A DNA stretch of 64,000 nt from Eledone cirrhosa (GCA_964016885.1 OZ024740.1:307210001-307274000); one strand, 5' to 3'; shown: positions 1-13,344, counted from the stretch's first letter. A program made the numbers and translations. The notes: a model not told the origin generated them from the sequence alone.

Positions 1-311
1 GAATTCAGAATATAAAGGATCGTAACATTATCTCACAAAGCATGTTGTCCGACGCTCCACCGATACTACCAATCCACCGCCTTGTTAATAATAATGATTT
101 CTAGTATAGGTACAAGGCCAGTAATTTGGGGGAGTGGAAAGTCGATTAGATCGACCCCAGTACGTTACTGGTGCTTTATTTTATCGACACCGTAAGGATG
201 AAAGGCAAAGTTAACCTCGGCGGGATTTGAACTCAGACCGTAAAGGGCCTTAACTCTATGCTGCAAAGCATAGTGTCCGACTCTCTACCGATACTGCCAA
301 TCCACCACCCT
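1..311 (-). mobile_element. tRNA-derived SINE (family 1), two tandem heads
   Basis: Minus strand has A-box-like TGGCAGTATCGG and B-box GAGTTCAAATCCC, then the body GAGGTTAACTTTGCCTTTCATCCTTACGG...GATAAAATAAAG.ACCAGT, which recurs more than 10 times in the window. Confidence 0.8.
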
Positions 312-879
312 TGTTAATAATAATAATAATGGTTTCTGATTTAGGCGTAAGGTCAACAATTCGAAACCCAAGAATACATTGAATTAATACAGAAAGTGTG
401 ACCCACGCAGTGAGCGTGTGCTGTCTTTATGTACATTCACTGGTCAATGTGTAAAACATATAGATATCAAATGTCCGATGAAGTGATTCTAGTATGTTCC
501 AGAATAAGTCCTTAATGATAGAGACAAACCCCAAAATATTTTGGGACTTCAATGTCAACACAGACCTCAGGCAACAGGTCGGATAAGCTAAGCTTCACAA
601 TTTCTATCTAGTTGGGTCTCATTCAGCTTCAATATAATAAGAACCATGGAAGAATGCTCAGACTTAAAACATGAGAACAGATCATATCTTAAAATATCTC
701 CTCCGTCCTTCACTAGCTATTCTGATAGATAATCAGTCACCTGACTATGGTATGGTTCGGTAACTCCTGATACAGTCTTAGAGGCGCTGTATTGACATAC
801 GGCGTTTCTTGGACATTTTAAGCCCAGCGGAGCCCATCATTCTCCAGGACTGAGTACAGCAGGTTTCTTCCAGAGAGAG

Positions 880-1043
880 GAAGAATCGACCCCAGTACTA
901 GACTGGTACTTATTTTATCGACCTCGAAAGGAGGAAAGGCAAAGTTGACCTCGGCGGGATTTGAACTCAAGGAGCAGAGAGTCGGAACGAATACCATAAA
1001 ACATTCTATCTGACGTTCTAACGACTCTGCCAATTCGCCGCCT
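880..1043 (-). mobile_element. tRNA-derived SINE (family 1)
   Basis: Same body and B box (GGGATTTGAACTC on +) as 1-311. Confidence 0.8.
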
Positions 1044-2214
1044 ATAAAATATAAATATCAACAGAGGCTCCCATTCAGTTAGGTATTTGCATGTTCACTC
1101 AGTTTGACATATAAATATAAATAAGATATGATCTGTTAAAATCTCTTTTTCCAAGGCAATGGTTGGAAAAAATAGACAGCATATTGGGCAAAATATTTTG
1201 TGATATTTGATTGTCCTCTTTATATTCCAAGTTCAAATTTTCGTCAAGTTAACTATGCCTTTTATCCTTCAAAGGTCAATGAAATAAATATCAGTCTACA
1301 AGTACTGGTCTGGATATAATCGACTATATCCGTCAAAGTGGTACAACATCATGGGCACAGTTTGATGACTGAAACCAGCAAAAGAAATCTCTATATGAAT
1401 CTAATTCTCGGGAATAATCAGTCATATGACAAAAAAAAAAAACAAAAAAAAAACATATGGAGATAAAGAAAACATTAACAATATGAACTGAACGTATAGT
1501 TTCAGTGGGTGAAAATGTTAAAACGGACTGTTGAAAAGTAATGGCTGATAGACAAGGGTGCCATCTTGCATTTGAGAAAAAAACAAAAACGTTAATGTTT
1601 CATCACCTAAATGGAATATTCATTACTTTACATCCGTTATCACTGATATGTTAGTATTCACCTCCTACTCCAAGTTTAACGTCAGTTGAAACTTTTTCAT
1701 CAGATCAGAATTGCATTCAAGCCAGAAAGATCTTCGCAACTTTAGAGATTTAACAGTGAAACCAGATAGTGTGGGTAATTTTTTCTCCACACCATTTAAT
1801 AAAAGCCCCATTAAGCACACACTCAGATATCAGCAGAAGAGGTGTCAAAATTGCCCCCAAAACGGTAGTATTACACACAAATCATTTATTACTTGCATAT
1901 TGACAATGCCTCCTGGTTCATTGTGGTTTCCTCACAGTAGATTATAATGATTTTTTTTTCTATCCTTATTAAAGGCGATTCCCTTAGAAAGATGGCTTGG
2001 GTTTTCTTTTCATTTAATGGCAAAAACAAAGGCATGGACATAAGCCTGGCACGTACAGATAAATGTGTGTATATGTCAGTATTAAGAATATTGTAACAAT
2101 GAGAGAATCAGACAAAGAAGAGAGTCGCTTTGAATAAATAAATAAACTCTTCTACATGTATGAAATGCTTCTTCCTCCCGCCTCCACACATCTGCTTTGT
2201 ACATGTATGTATGT

Positions 2215-2501
2215 AGAGTGGGACTGGCTTTGTGCAGTGCCTTTGCTCACTATAAAAGCTTCACGGCACAGGCATTGCTTTATATCTGGAGATCTCTCTG
2301 CACTTGTCGTCACATGGTACCATGGGCCCAGCACTATGTGTCAGTAATTGTCACAAGTGTAGTGTTTGTACCAGAGTTTTCAAGTCGCTGGCTGGACTAA
2401 AAAGTCACACTCGTTCAGTGCATCGGTAGGGGTTCTCCTACATGGATATAAAGTAGAGGCCGTACTCGAAAACGAGTTGGCAGCCACCATGTATGTATGT
2501 A
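2215..2501 (+). mobile_element. 5'-truncated copy of RTE-derived short element with (TGTA)n tail
   Basis: Near-identical to 7729-8012. Encodes a terminal C2H2 finger HKCSVCTRVFKSLAGLKSHTRSVHR* (2352-2429). TATG repeats on both sides. Confidence 0.75.
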
Positions 2502-2502
2502 A

Positions 2503-2810
2503 AGGCGTGTTACTTACTGGTTAGAGAATCGTAAGGTTGAGTGTTCCATTCTTGGACAGAGCGATACTTTGTGTCCTTGAGCAAGACACTTTATTTCACG
2601 ATGCTCTAGTTCACTCAGCTGTAGAAATGAGTTGCGGCGACACTGATGCCGAGCTGTATCAGCCTTTGCTTTTCCGTTGGACAACATTGGTGGCGTGGAC
2701 AGGGAAATCTAGTATGCATAGGCGACTGTTGGTCTTTCATAAAAACACCTTACTCGGGCTTGTGCCTCAGAAGGAAACTTTCTTGGTGTAAAACCCATGT
2801 TCCTTTACGA
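2503..2810 (+). mobile_element. Degenerate tRNA-derived SINE (family 2)
   Basis: GTGTCCTTGAGCAAGACACTTT motif after a decayed tRNA-like head. A related copy with clear A/B boxes lies at 53860-53966. Confidence 0.6.
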
Positions 2811-2826
2811 TGTATGTATTTAGCGA

Positions 2827-4193
2827 TGTTGGTATATTTTTTGATGTAACGCGTGAGATGGTTTGGTTTTGTACCATTGTTTGTTGTTCACTTTGGCGTG
2901 GCAGATGTAGTAGTTGTTGGCTTGGTAGGTGATTACGTGAATTGGTCTCTACCTTATAAGTGCTGTGGGAAATGTGTGACTTATGTCAAATGAATTGTGT
3001 GTATGTGTCTCAGTGAGTCGAGATGTGTGGCTGTATTTGTTACCATAGTCAGTGGTTGAAAGTTGTAGGTTGAAAGTAAAGCTGTCACTAACTTTATCTG
3101 ATGAACAATAACAAAAATTGATACTTTAAGAAGTTTTATTAAGAAATAACTTACATCGAAATTATTGTGGACAATACAGGAAAACAAAAAAGAACCAAGT
3201 GAATTGTATGTTATGTTTGTGGTTGGTTTGCATTAATACGATAGTAGTCTGACAAGATGCATTGAACTAACCTTTATCGGAGTGCCAAGACTGTCGAGAG
3301 ACGCTGGCGTTTTTTCGCTAAGCGCTACATTTATCTGCTTAAAGTGATATCAGACTCTGTCGAGTAACGTGTAGCGAGATCTGTCCACGCCCTTGAACCT
3401 TGGGTGACACCTAAAGGTCAAATTCTAGGTCACCGCCCTTTTGGTGTGAACAAGTTGATGCGTTGGCTATCCCCTAAAGGTGGGAGGTAGAAAGCGACAG
3501 GTATATAAAGCCTATATTTTCCCACCTTGAACAGAAAAATCGGAGCATTACGCTAGCAACTAACTATGTAAAGATTCACCGCTACCTTCAGGCCCTTGAG
3601 GTCTACAGAAACACAGAGACATCGGAGCACTACGAATTACAACAAGCTATGTAAAAATTCACCGCTATCACCAGACCCCAGTGGTCTACAGAGATACAGA
3701 GAGAATAGACTAACGACGACAACGTCAACCTACTACTACACACCATTCAGAGGTATACATACCATTACTCTTTCTCACTCACTATAGTCTCAGACTCACG
3801 ATGACAACGTCAACCTACTACTACAGACCATTCAGAGGTATACAAACCATTACTCTCTCTCTCACTCACTATAGTCTCAGACTCACGATGACAATGTCAA
3901 CCTACTACTACAGACCATTCAGAGGTATACAAACCATTACTCTCTCTCTCACTCACTATAGTCTCAGACTCACGATGACAACGTCAACCTACTACTACAA
4001 ACCATTCAGAGGTATACAAACCATTACTCTCTCTCACTCACTATAGTCTCAGACTCACGACAACGTCAACCTTCTCAACTTTTGGTAACTGTTTTTATTG
4101 GACTTTTTAATTCATTCACGTGAAGTAAACCATATATAAACTAAAATCTTTATTCTTGTTATAATCATTTCTAATAACCACATATAACCAACA
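2827..4193 (+). mobile_element. Possible solo LTR containing an 87-bp tandem array
   Basis: Starts TGTTGGTATAT and ends ATATAACCAACA (TG..CA with a short inverted repeat). TATATAAAG near 3502. No TSD found. Confidence 0.4.
3714..4072. repeat. 87-bp tandem repeat, about 4 copies
   Basis: ATGACAA unit starts at 3801, 3888 and 3975; units are nearly identical with no spacers. Confidence 0.9.
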
Positions 4194-4455
4194 ACTTCTT
4201 AATTAATTAATTAGTTAACAATGAGTGACGAATGGGGTGAAGAAAGTGTTATTTCAAATAACCCCAAGTTGGTCAGTTTCTTCAGACTGATTGGCGTAAA
4301 TTTGAGATGAAGAAAAACTGAATATAATGTCGTTTAGGAGTCAGTATATGAGAAGATTTCGCTACACACACACACATGCATACATACATACATATATAAA
4401 TATATAAACATATATTTATATATATATATATGAGAGAGAGAAAGAGAGAGAGAGG

Positions 4456-4527
<72 letters not shown>

Positions 4528-5331
4528 GGGGTGAAAGAAGAAGGGAAGAAAGTCAAAAGGAAAATAGAGAAAGGGTAAAGAGGAGACAAATCATGTGAGC
4601 AGAAATATTTTAGAGTTATCGAAGGGCAAATTAGTATTGAAGGAAATGAAAAAGTCACTTCCTTTGTGTGTTTCTCCATTGTATCGATGTGCTGAAAAGT
4701 TCCCGACCTAGGGTTATCGCGAAAGGGTAGAGCTGTTACCTTTACAAGAAAGGTAGGACCGCTGCAATAAGTGTGTGAATCTAAGAGGAGAATATGTTGA
4801 ATAAAATCATAATTAACTGATCCTCTTGATTTTTCCTTTAACTCAAAGGTTTTCAACAGGGGGGGGGGGGGCATATGCCCCAGGGGGCGTTTCGGGGCTC
4901 CAGGAGGCGTTTAGGGGCAAGGGGGCGTTAGGGGGCGTTTGAGGCTTTGAGGGGCGCTGGAAGCCCCTTCAGCTTTTTAGTTTGGTAAGTTTTATAAGTC
5001 ATATTTGTACGTCTCTTAGACAGCCAGTGTGAATGCATTTGAATAAAGAAAACGAAGAAAATAAATAAAAGTAGCTTGTCAACGAATTCCCTAGGCAGAT
5101 AAAAAAAAAATGAAAGAAATCAAAGAAAATGAACATAAGGATGTCAACTTTGATAACAGTTACAAGAACAACTTCAACAGAAATGACAACAAAAAGAAGC
5201 AATGGTGATGAAAGGTGTGGGTGTATACATATACATACATACGAACATACACACATATGCATACATACATACATACATACATAAATACATACATACATAC
5301 ATACATACATACATACATACATACATACATA

Positions 5332-7109
5332 GGAAGGAGCAGGTTAAGACTGATAGGATACATTACCAGAAGGGCATCTTTCAGGGTGATAGCTTGTCAG
5401 TACTACTCTTCGTTCTCTCACTGAATCCACTATCTTACCTACTCAGGAAACAAGGTGGACAAAGAAGTGGGCCCAGAAGTATCTCCCATCTTTTCTTTGT
5501 TGATGACCTGAAGTTGTATGGGCCAAATATCAATGACATCAAGAAACAATTGGACCTCATTACACAATTTTCAACCGACATCAAAATGAAATTTGGTGAG
5601 TCCAAGTGTGCATATTTGGCAGTAAAACGTGGAAGAGCTGTGCCCTCCTCTAGAAATCTAGATATGAACGGCCTGACAATACAACCTCTGCAGTCAGGTG
5701 ACAACTACAGATATCTTGGACAGGATGAGAATGTCAGATATGATGGACCCATAAATAAGGAGAGAACCAGAACTGAATACCTCAGAAGAGTAAAAAAAAT
5801 ATGGTCATCAGAACTGTCAGCATACAACAAATACATTGCCCACAATACCTATGCTGTGCCAATTATAACGCCAACATTTGGCCTACTGAACTGGTCATTG
5901 CAAGAACTAAGTGAGATGGATGTTAGAACTCGTAAACTTCTCAGTGTTACTGGGAACTTTAACATCAATGGTGATGTGGATAGGCTATACTTCTCACGCA
6001 AGGAAGGTGGCCGGGGTCTAAAATCAATATTAACAACATATGAGACCCGGATAGTAACACTGAAGCAACACCTTCAACAGAGGAAAAAGGTTGGCGACCA
6101 TCTTGCTCAGGTTTATGAGCATGAAAAAAGAAATATCATTAGAATAGCGACTGATCTGGAGGAGAGATATGGAATAAAGCCTGATATAAATCTCTCACCC
6201 AGAGAAATCGGAAGATCCTATTCAATGTTCAAACAAGAAAAAAAAATTGACCAATTTACAGAGAAAGTTGTGCATGGATACTTGAGGCGTAAAACACAGA
6301 CCATAGAGGGGATAAACCACTCAAAAAGCCTGGCATGGAGTTCCGACAAGTTTATGACATCACACCTTGAGGGATATCTCTATGCAATACAGGAACAAGA
6401 ACTCCCTACCAAATATCTGCTGCACAAAAGAGGAGGGCCAGCAGCTGACAATAAATGTAGGCTATGTAAAACAAAGATCGAGGATGTAAGCCACATTGTT
6501 GCCAGCTGCGAAAGAATGTCATCTCGCTACTACCTCCCCATGAGACACGATGGGATAGCTAGAACTATCTGGAACGCACTTCGGAAAACAAAATTAACAA
6601 CAAACGAGGAAGAATATATTGAGACAGATGGCACTAAGGAATACTGGTGGAACCTGAAAATAAAAACTGCCACCAAATTAAAGCACAACCGGCCTGATAT
6701 TGTAGTTTGGGACCACACATTGAAAACGTGTTCTGTTGTGGAGATCAGCTGCCCACTTGATGTAAACGTTGTCAGAAAAATACAGGAGAAGGAGGACATC
6801 TACGGACCATTGATGAGGAGCTTACAAATCCAGTATCCAAGATACACCTTTAGCTTCATACCCATCATTATTGGTGCTACGGGTTATATACCAACCCGCT
6901 TGGACCAAAGTATGACCGAACTTGGATTTGCGGACAAAAAGCGCAGCTCCCTAATTCATAGTCTACAAATGGCTGCGATAGCTGGCACCTTCAAAATATG
7001 CAAAACATTCTTGCGATTCAAGGGATGACAATTTCTTTTCTTTTACAACCTTGCCACCAGGAAGGTGGCCGGTCAAAAAAATATACTCGAAATTAAGAGA
7101 AAGAGAAAA
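5332..7109 (+). mobile_element. 5'-truncated R4/Dong-like non-LTR retrotransposon (RT, CCHC knuckle, REL endonuclease); frame open to 7028
   Basis: Motifs KGIFQGDSLS, HLFFVDDLKL, CRLCKTKIEDVSHIVASC, RHD, NRPDIVVWD, VVEISCP. Flanked by (CATA)n at 5226-5331 and 7109-7139. Confidence 0.9.
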
Positions 7110-7394
7110 CATACATACATACATACATACATACATACAGCCCTGCATTAGTGTTTGATGAGGTTGAGAACCTGGTCAGCTTTCAGCCAGAGCTGTGGTA
7201 TTTAATCTATCTAGGTATTAAAATCTGTAGACAGAATTTTCTCCTTACCCCCCCCCCCCCCCCAAAAAAAAAACATAAATATAAATGCATGTATATATAC
7301 AAATGTATAAATGCATAGCTATATACATACGTAAATGTATGTATGTATGTATGTATGTATGTATGTATGTATGTATGTATGTATGTATGTATGT

Positions 7395-8018
7395 CAGGTC
7401 ACCAGTTGGTGCTACTGGTAACATGTATCCCAGTACAACCTGTCTCATGGTCGGGTCGTTGGCGACTAAACTGGCAACCCCAGCAAGGTTTCTTGGTGAG
7501 GAGGGGGACTTTGGACATCCTGCAGGACTAAAAACAAAACCTGTCAAAGGGAAAAGGAGCTCTTAAGAGTCAATGGCCATCCAAAATCACAGGGAGAGAT
7601 GACCCCTTAGCCTTTGTCAAGGCAGAATTCTAGGAGAAGGAAAACTCTGATATAACACCTGCAACCCTGATGGTATCCAATGATGTTGACTTGTTCTTCT
7701 TTTTGGTAAATATCATCTTGGTTAAGAGAGTGGGACTGGCTTTGTGCAGTGCCTTTGCTCACTATAAAAGCTTCACGGCACAGGCATTGCTTTATATCTG
7801 GAGATCTCTCTGCACTTGTCGTCACATGGTACCATGGGCCCAGCACTATATGTCAATAATTGTCACAAGTGTAGTGTTTGTACCAGAGTTTTCAAGTCGC
7901 TGGCTGAACTAAAAAGTCACACTCGTTCAGCGCATCGGTAGGGGTTCTCCTACATGGATATAAAGTAGTGGCCGTACTCGAAAACGAGTTGGCAGCCACC
8001 ATGTATGTATGTATATGT
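7395..8018 (+). mobile_element. Full ~620-bp non-autonomous RTE-derived element with (TGTA)n tail
   Basis: 5' part contains the RTE-5'UTR-like CTAGGAGAAGGAAAACTCTGATATAACACCT. 3' part has the C2H2-finger ORF end, a short UTR and the TGTA tail. Preceded by (TATG)n. Confidence 0.7.
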
Positions 8019-8359
8019 CAGGTCACCAGTTAGTGCTACTGGTAACATGTATCCCAGTACAACCTGTCTCATGGTCTGGTTGTTGGCGACTAAACTGGCA
8101 ACCCCGCCAAGGTTTCTTGGTGAAGAGGGTGACTTTGGACATCCTGCAGGACTAAAAACAAAACCTGTCAAAGAGCAAAGGAGCTCTTAAGAGTCAATGG
8201 CCATCCAAAATCACCGGGAGAGATGACCCCTTAGCCTTTGTCAAGGCAGAATTCTAGAAGGAAAACTCTGATATAACACCTGCAACCCTGATTGTATCCA
8301 ATGATGTTGACTTGTTCTTTTTGGTAAATATCATCTTGGTTAAGAGAGTGGGACTGGCT
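8019..8359 (+). mobile_element. Second, head-to-tail copy (5' part only) of the RTE-derived element
   Basis: Near-identical to 7395-7741. Confidence 0.75.
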
Positions 8360-8392
8360 AATTTCTCGCTAAATTTATATTTCTACATACAC

Positions 8393-8543
<151 letters not shown>

Positions 8544-8689
8544 AATCTACATACATATATACATTTATGTATGTATATAGCTATGTATTTATACATTTGT
8601 ATATATACATGCATTTATATTGAAGTGTGTAAGAATATATATATATATGTGTGTGTGTAAGAATATATATATATATGTGTGTGTGTGTG

Positions 8690-8759
<70 letters not shown>

Positions 8760-8835
8760 CACACACACACACATATATATATTTTCTTTTTTCAGTCTGG
8801 TCTACCATGTTTGAGCCTCCTGTTGGAGATAGATA

Positions 8836-11592
8836 GATATCTTTCTTTATTTGCCACAGGGGCGTACAAAATGGGACATTACAAGACGTGACGGCGGGGG
8901 TTTTACATAAAAATAAATAACAATAAACTATATATAATAAAATAACAATTGAAATCCCCAGTAGGGGGGAACGTTACTGCAGGGTTGTTTTACACCCCGT
9001 GGATAGAACAACCCTCAACACCAGGAACACGTTTTGTAGGTGTTCCTGTCTTCCCTCTGTTGATCTTCCTCAACCTACAGGTTTATATACAGAGAAGGCC
9101 CATTCACTCGGGCCATTTTTGCCACATTCACCCACCTTTCAGCGAATTTACTGGGGTGTAGCACCTCTCTCTCCACTCTCACCTTCCTTCTGAAGTGATA
9201 CTTAAAGAAGGAGATACGTTGTTGTCCGGAGAGAAAGGTCTTTGCCCTCAGTCCTTTTAACTTCGTCCACCATATTACCTGTTTCGCCATAGCCACCAGA
9301 CAGAGGAAAACCGCCTCTCCTTCGTTCTTAAATGAAGGCGGTGGGGTGATCCTCACGATGGACTCGGCTGACAACTGGATGCGTCCCACGCGTGACAGCA
9401 GCTGTTCGACATAATTCCACAGGTCGGTCACCCCTGGGCACTGAACAATTGCGTGCAGAACGCTTTCGATGTCCTGCTCGCATCTTGGACAGGTCCTTTT
9501 GGCAGGATCTCTGCCAGGGCGTCCGTGCCTGTAGATTTTGTCTGGAACTGGTAGAGCTCCTCGGTAGCACTGCCAGGCCAGAGACCTCTGGAAGTTATCC
9601 ATAGGCCCTGGACGGAAAGTCCTCCCGAACAGATTGGTCAGTTCGTCCTCCTCGATGCCTGGAGTTACCCCGAGAACGTCGTCGCTCTTATTCTCCACTA
9701 ATCCCCTATAGAATGTCGAAGTAGAGTCTCCGCTGATTGCCGTTTCCGCTTGGTGGAGGACTGTGAGCGCCTGTAGGCACTCGAGGTGCCAGGCACCCAT
9801 TTTCGGTCTTCGCTTGACCCAGGACTGCAGCTCTGTTAGTGAGACGAGTTGTGGAAGAGCTTGTCTCACAAACGACAGCCACACCAGTTCACCGGTCGGG
9901 AATACCTGGAGATGGCGTAGCCTCAGCGCATGTTTGCGCATCATCAGCCACGGCATGCCCAGCCCTCCATTAGAAGGGTGTTGGCAGCAGATGGATCTCC
10001 TCAGCAATGGAGCCTGTTTCTTCCAGAGGAACCTGAAAAGTAGGCGTTCCATTTTGGTAAGGTATTCGCGGGGGCAAGGCACAACTGTCAAGCGGTAGTA
10101 GATAACGGATGCTATGTAAGTGTTTGCCACCTCCGCTCGACCTTTCAAGGAGAGTTTGTACTCAGCCCACTTCTGGGTGAGTGCAAACACCTTCGCCGTG
10201 ACCTCGTTCCAGTTCTTGTCCACCTGGAAGTCTGGACCGAATCAGACCCCGAGCAATTTCACCGGTCCTTCCGTCCAGTGTCCAACGACACTGTCGGAGG
10301 ACATGGGTTTGCCTCTCCATGTGCCGAGTTGCAAACCGACAGACTTGTTTGGGTTTAGTCTTACTCCTGTCAACGTTTCGTATTCCTGTAATAGGTTGCC
10401 GATTACCCTGATTTCCGAGGTTTTCGACACCATTACGGTTATGTCGTCGGCATAGGCTGACGCTGCTTTCCGCAGTCCTGGTTCGATCGGGATGCCCTGC
10501 AATAGCTCCAATTTCCGCAGTAACGGCTCGAGAGTCAGTACATACAGAATGGAGGAGAGAGGGCATCCCTGACGGATGGAACGCATGATTTGGAATGGCT
10601 CTGATAGGTAGCCAGTCACCTTGACTGTCGAGCAGATGCTGGTGTGCCTGGCAGCGATCCAGCCTCTAAAGACGGGACCGAAGCCAGCCGCCTTGAGAAC
10701 TGCTTCCAAGTATTGATGGTCGACCCTATCAAATGCCTTAGACTGATCTAAATTGATCAGAGCCCGACCAAAGCCATGATGTATCGCATGAGGTGGAGGT
10801 TGTCGTGTATGGACCTGGTCCGGATTGCACACGTTTGGGCTTCCCCTACCAGGTTCTCGACGACAAGCGCCAGCCTTGCTGCTAACACCTTGGCCAAAAT
10901 CTTTAACTCTGTGTTGAGCAGTGTTATGGGCCTGCAATTGCTTATCTCATCCCCCTTGTTCTCATCTTTCCTCATCAGCGTTACTACGCCTCTGCCTACG
11001 GAACTGGGAATCCTCCCGTTCTGCTGCCAGTTGCAGTAGACCTATTCGAGGACGCCAGAGAACAAGTCTGGCATGCCTATGTAAAACTCATAGGGTAGAC
11101 CATCTAAACCCGGTGATTTGCGTTTCCCGCAGTGGCCTAGGGCATCTTCTATTTCGCCCGCTGTGATCGGCCTTTCGCAGCTCTCCGCATCCGTGCTCGA
11201 GAGTCGCGGTACGCCGTCGAGGTAGGAGCTGAAGTCCATCACCTCGCTCGATGTACCGCTTTGCCCGCACATCTGCTTGGATTCAAGTATAATGCGTTCA
11301 TCTTTCCCTTGCAAAGACCGAATTGTGGATTTGTTGCCACTTTTTGCCTCTGCCACTCGGGCCCAGCTAAAAGCTTTGGCTCCCTCGTGTTCTACTTCTG
11401 ACAATACAACCTTCCTGTTTCACGTTGAAGAACTGGTCTAGTGCCGTTCTCGCCGCTAGCACGTCAGCTGTACTGCCATTCCTAAGTGCCTCTTCTATTT
11501 TAGCTACCAGTTCCTTTTCAGTTTTGTTTTTTTCTAAAGCTACTTCCTTGCTAAATGTTATCTAATTGCTCCCTTGAGAGAGCTCCACAACC
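8836..11592 (-). mobile_element. Tx1/L1-clade LINE, 5'-truncated, frameshifted ORF2
   Basis: Motifs KSPGLDGLPYEFY, RPITLLNTELKILAK, LDQSKAFDRVDH, RQGCPLS, AYADD, GGLGMP, CPRC..ESVLHAIVQC. Apparent TSD TGGAGATAGATA at 8824-8835 and 11593-11604. Confidence 0.9.
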
Positions 11593-11604
11593 TGGAGATA
11601 GATA

Positions 11605-11941
11605 TATAGATAGATATGTTTCTTTATTAGCCACAGGGGCACAAAAGAATGGGACAAATACAAAGGGGGAAGTTTACATACAATAAAAACGTGTAAAATA
11701 TTATCACAAATGTAATTTAAAAGTTAGTCGATTTTCCCCAATAGGGGGAGACATTTCCTATTTGAAAAAAAGAATCAGTTGTTGGCCGGAGAGAAAGGTG
11801 TCTGACCTCAGCCCTTTTAACCTTGTCCACCATACAACCTCTTTCGCCATAGCTATCACACAAAGGAAAACCGCCTCTCCTTCGTTTTTGAAGGAGGGTG
11901 GCGGTTTGATCATGACAATGGACTCGGTGGTCAACCGGATT
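11605..11941 (-). mobile_element. Short 3' fragment of the same Tx1-like family
   Basis: PPPSFKNEGEAVFLC..AMAK matches the ORF at 9075-10223, with the same 3' UTR. (GATA)n on both sides. Confidence 0.85.
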
Positions 11942-12139
11942 GATAGATAGATAGATAGACGTTTACCAAACACACACACACATTTCTTACTCTCTCTGCC
12001 CCGCCCTCTTTCTCTCTTCATTTATATATATATATATGGCGTTGTTATTTGGTGTTGTTGAAAAGAGCAGTGGCCTTTGACCTGGCAATAAAAACTGGAG
12101 CCAAAATTATTTCTGTACCAAAACCAAGGCACACACACA

Positions 12140-12216
<77 letters not shown>

Positions 12217-12811
12217 GTGTGTGCGTGCGTGTTTATATGTGTGTGTGTGTGTATCTATCTATGTATATATATAAGGGATACAGATATTGCTTTCTCAGTC
12301 ACCAAGCTTCTCAATTCATTCGTTGCTACTAAGTATTTTATTTTGCTACGAGGCATATTATTTTGCAAGGAACTATTTTCCCTCTGAGTTTGTGATTTCA
12401 GAGAAAGGTAAGAAATTCTTCATATTTTGCATCTTTTGTATTTTGACTTTACAATTTGAATTGTAGAATTGTTTATCCACTCAAAATATTACAACAGCTA
12501 ACAGTGAAATATAGAATTTTAAGAAAAGCTTTTTCGACTGAAATCAAGTCTTTGAGAACATTCACGTCTATTTTTCAAAAATATATAATTTGAAATAGTT
12601 TGCTTTTGTTTTGGACTGAAACTTTTTGTATTTAATTCGTTCGAGTATTTTTTAAAGATTCTAAGATAATTTGATTTGGCCCAGTAATCTACTGATATCA
12701 AAATCAGTAGTATATTGAAAAATGGAAAAATAGGGGTGGGTGGGGTGGGGGTGGGGTCGTGATTTCGAGGGGCAAAAGGGGCGTTTGGCCGAAATGGGTT
12801 GAGAACCTTTG

Positions 12812-13110
12812 CTTTAACTGATCCTCTTGTATTTTCTTTTAACTGATCCTTCTGTATTTTCTTTTAACTGATCCTTCTGTATTTTCTTTTAACTGATCCT
12901 CTGTATTTTCTTTTAACTGATCCTCTTGTATTTTCTTTTAACTGATCCTCTGTATTTTCTTTTAACTGATCCTCTGTATTTTCTTTTAACCGATCCTCCA
13001 GTATTTTCTTTTGATTCTCCTGTATTTTCTTTTAACTGATCCTCCTGTACTTTATTTTAACTGATCATCCTCTATTTTCTTTTAACTGATCCACCTGTAT
13101 TTTCCTTTAC
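12812..13110. repeat. 26-27-bp minisatellite (TTTTAACTGATCCTCTGTATTTTC)
   Basis: About 11 tandem units. One more unit lies at 4814-4843, on the other side of the hAT insertion. Confidence 0.9.
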
Positions 13111-13344
13111 TCAAAGCCAGGAATTTTTCAGCACCCTGGTAGTTATTACATTATTTCTTTTAAAATTCTACTGCATTAAGATTTTATTAAGCCGGACAAT
13201 ATGACTCCTTGTCAGGCTATTGAAAGCTTAAGTCAAGGAACCTTCTGGCCAGTCTTTGTCAGTTAGTTGACAGTATTATTGTGGGGATATGAGCAATACC
13301 TAGAAGCCCCAAATACTGGAGTGTATGTATTTCATACTCAATAT

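Noticed and set aside
3714-4072. CRISPR-like array (also 12812-13110 and 32294-32670)
   Set aside because: Contiguous tandem units with no unique spacers, no cas genes, eukaryotic context.
5202-5331. N-terminus of the 608-aa ORF as a real start
   Set aside because: Read-through of flanking (CATA)n into a 5'-truncated element.
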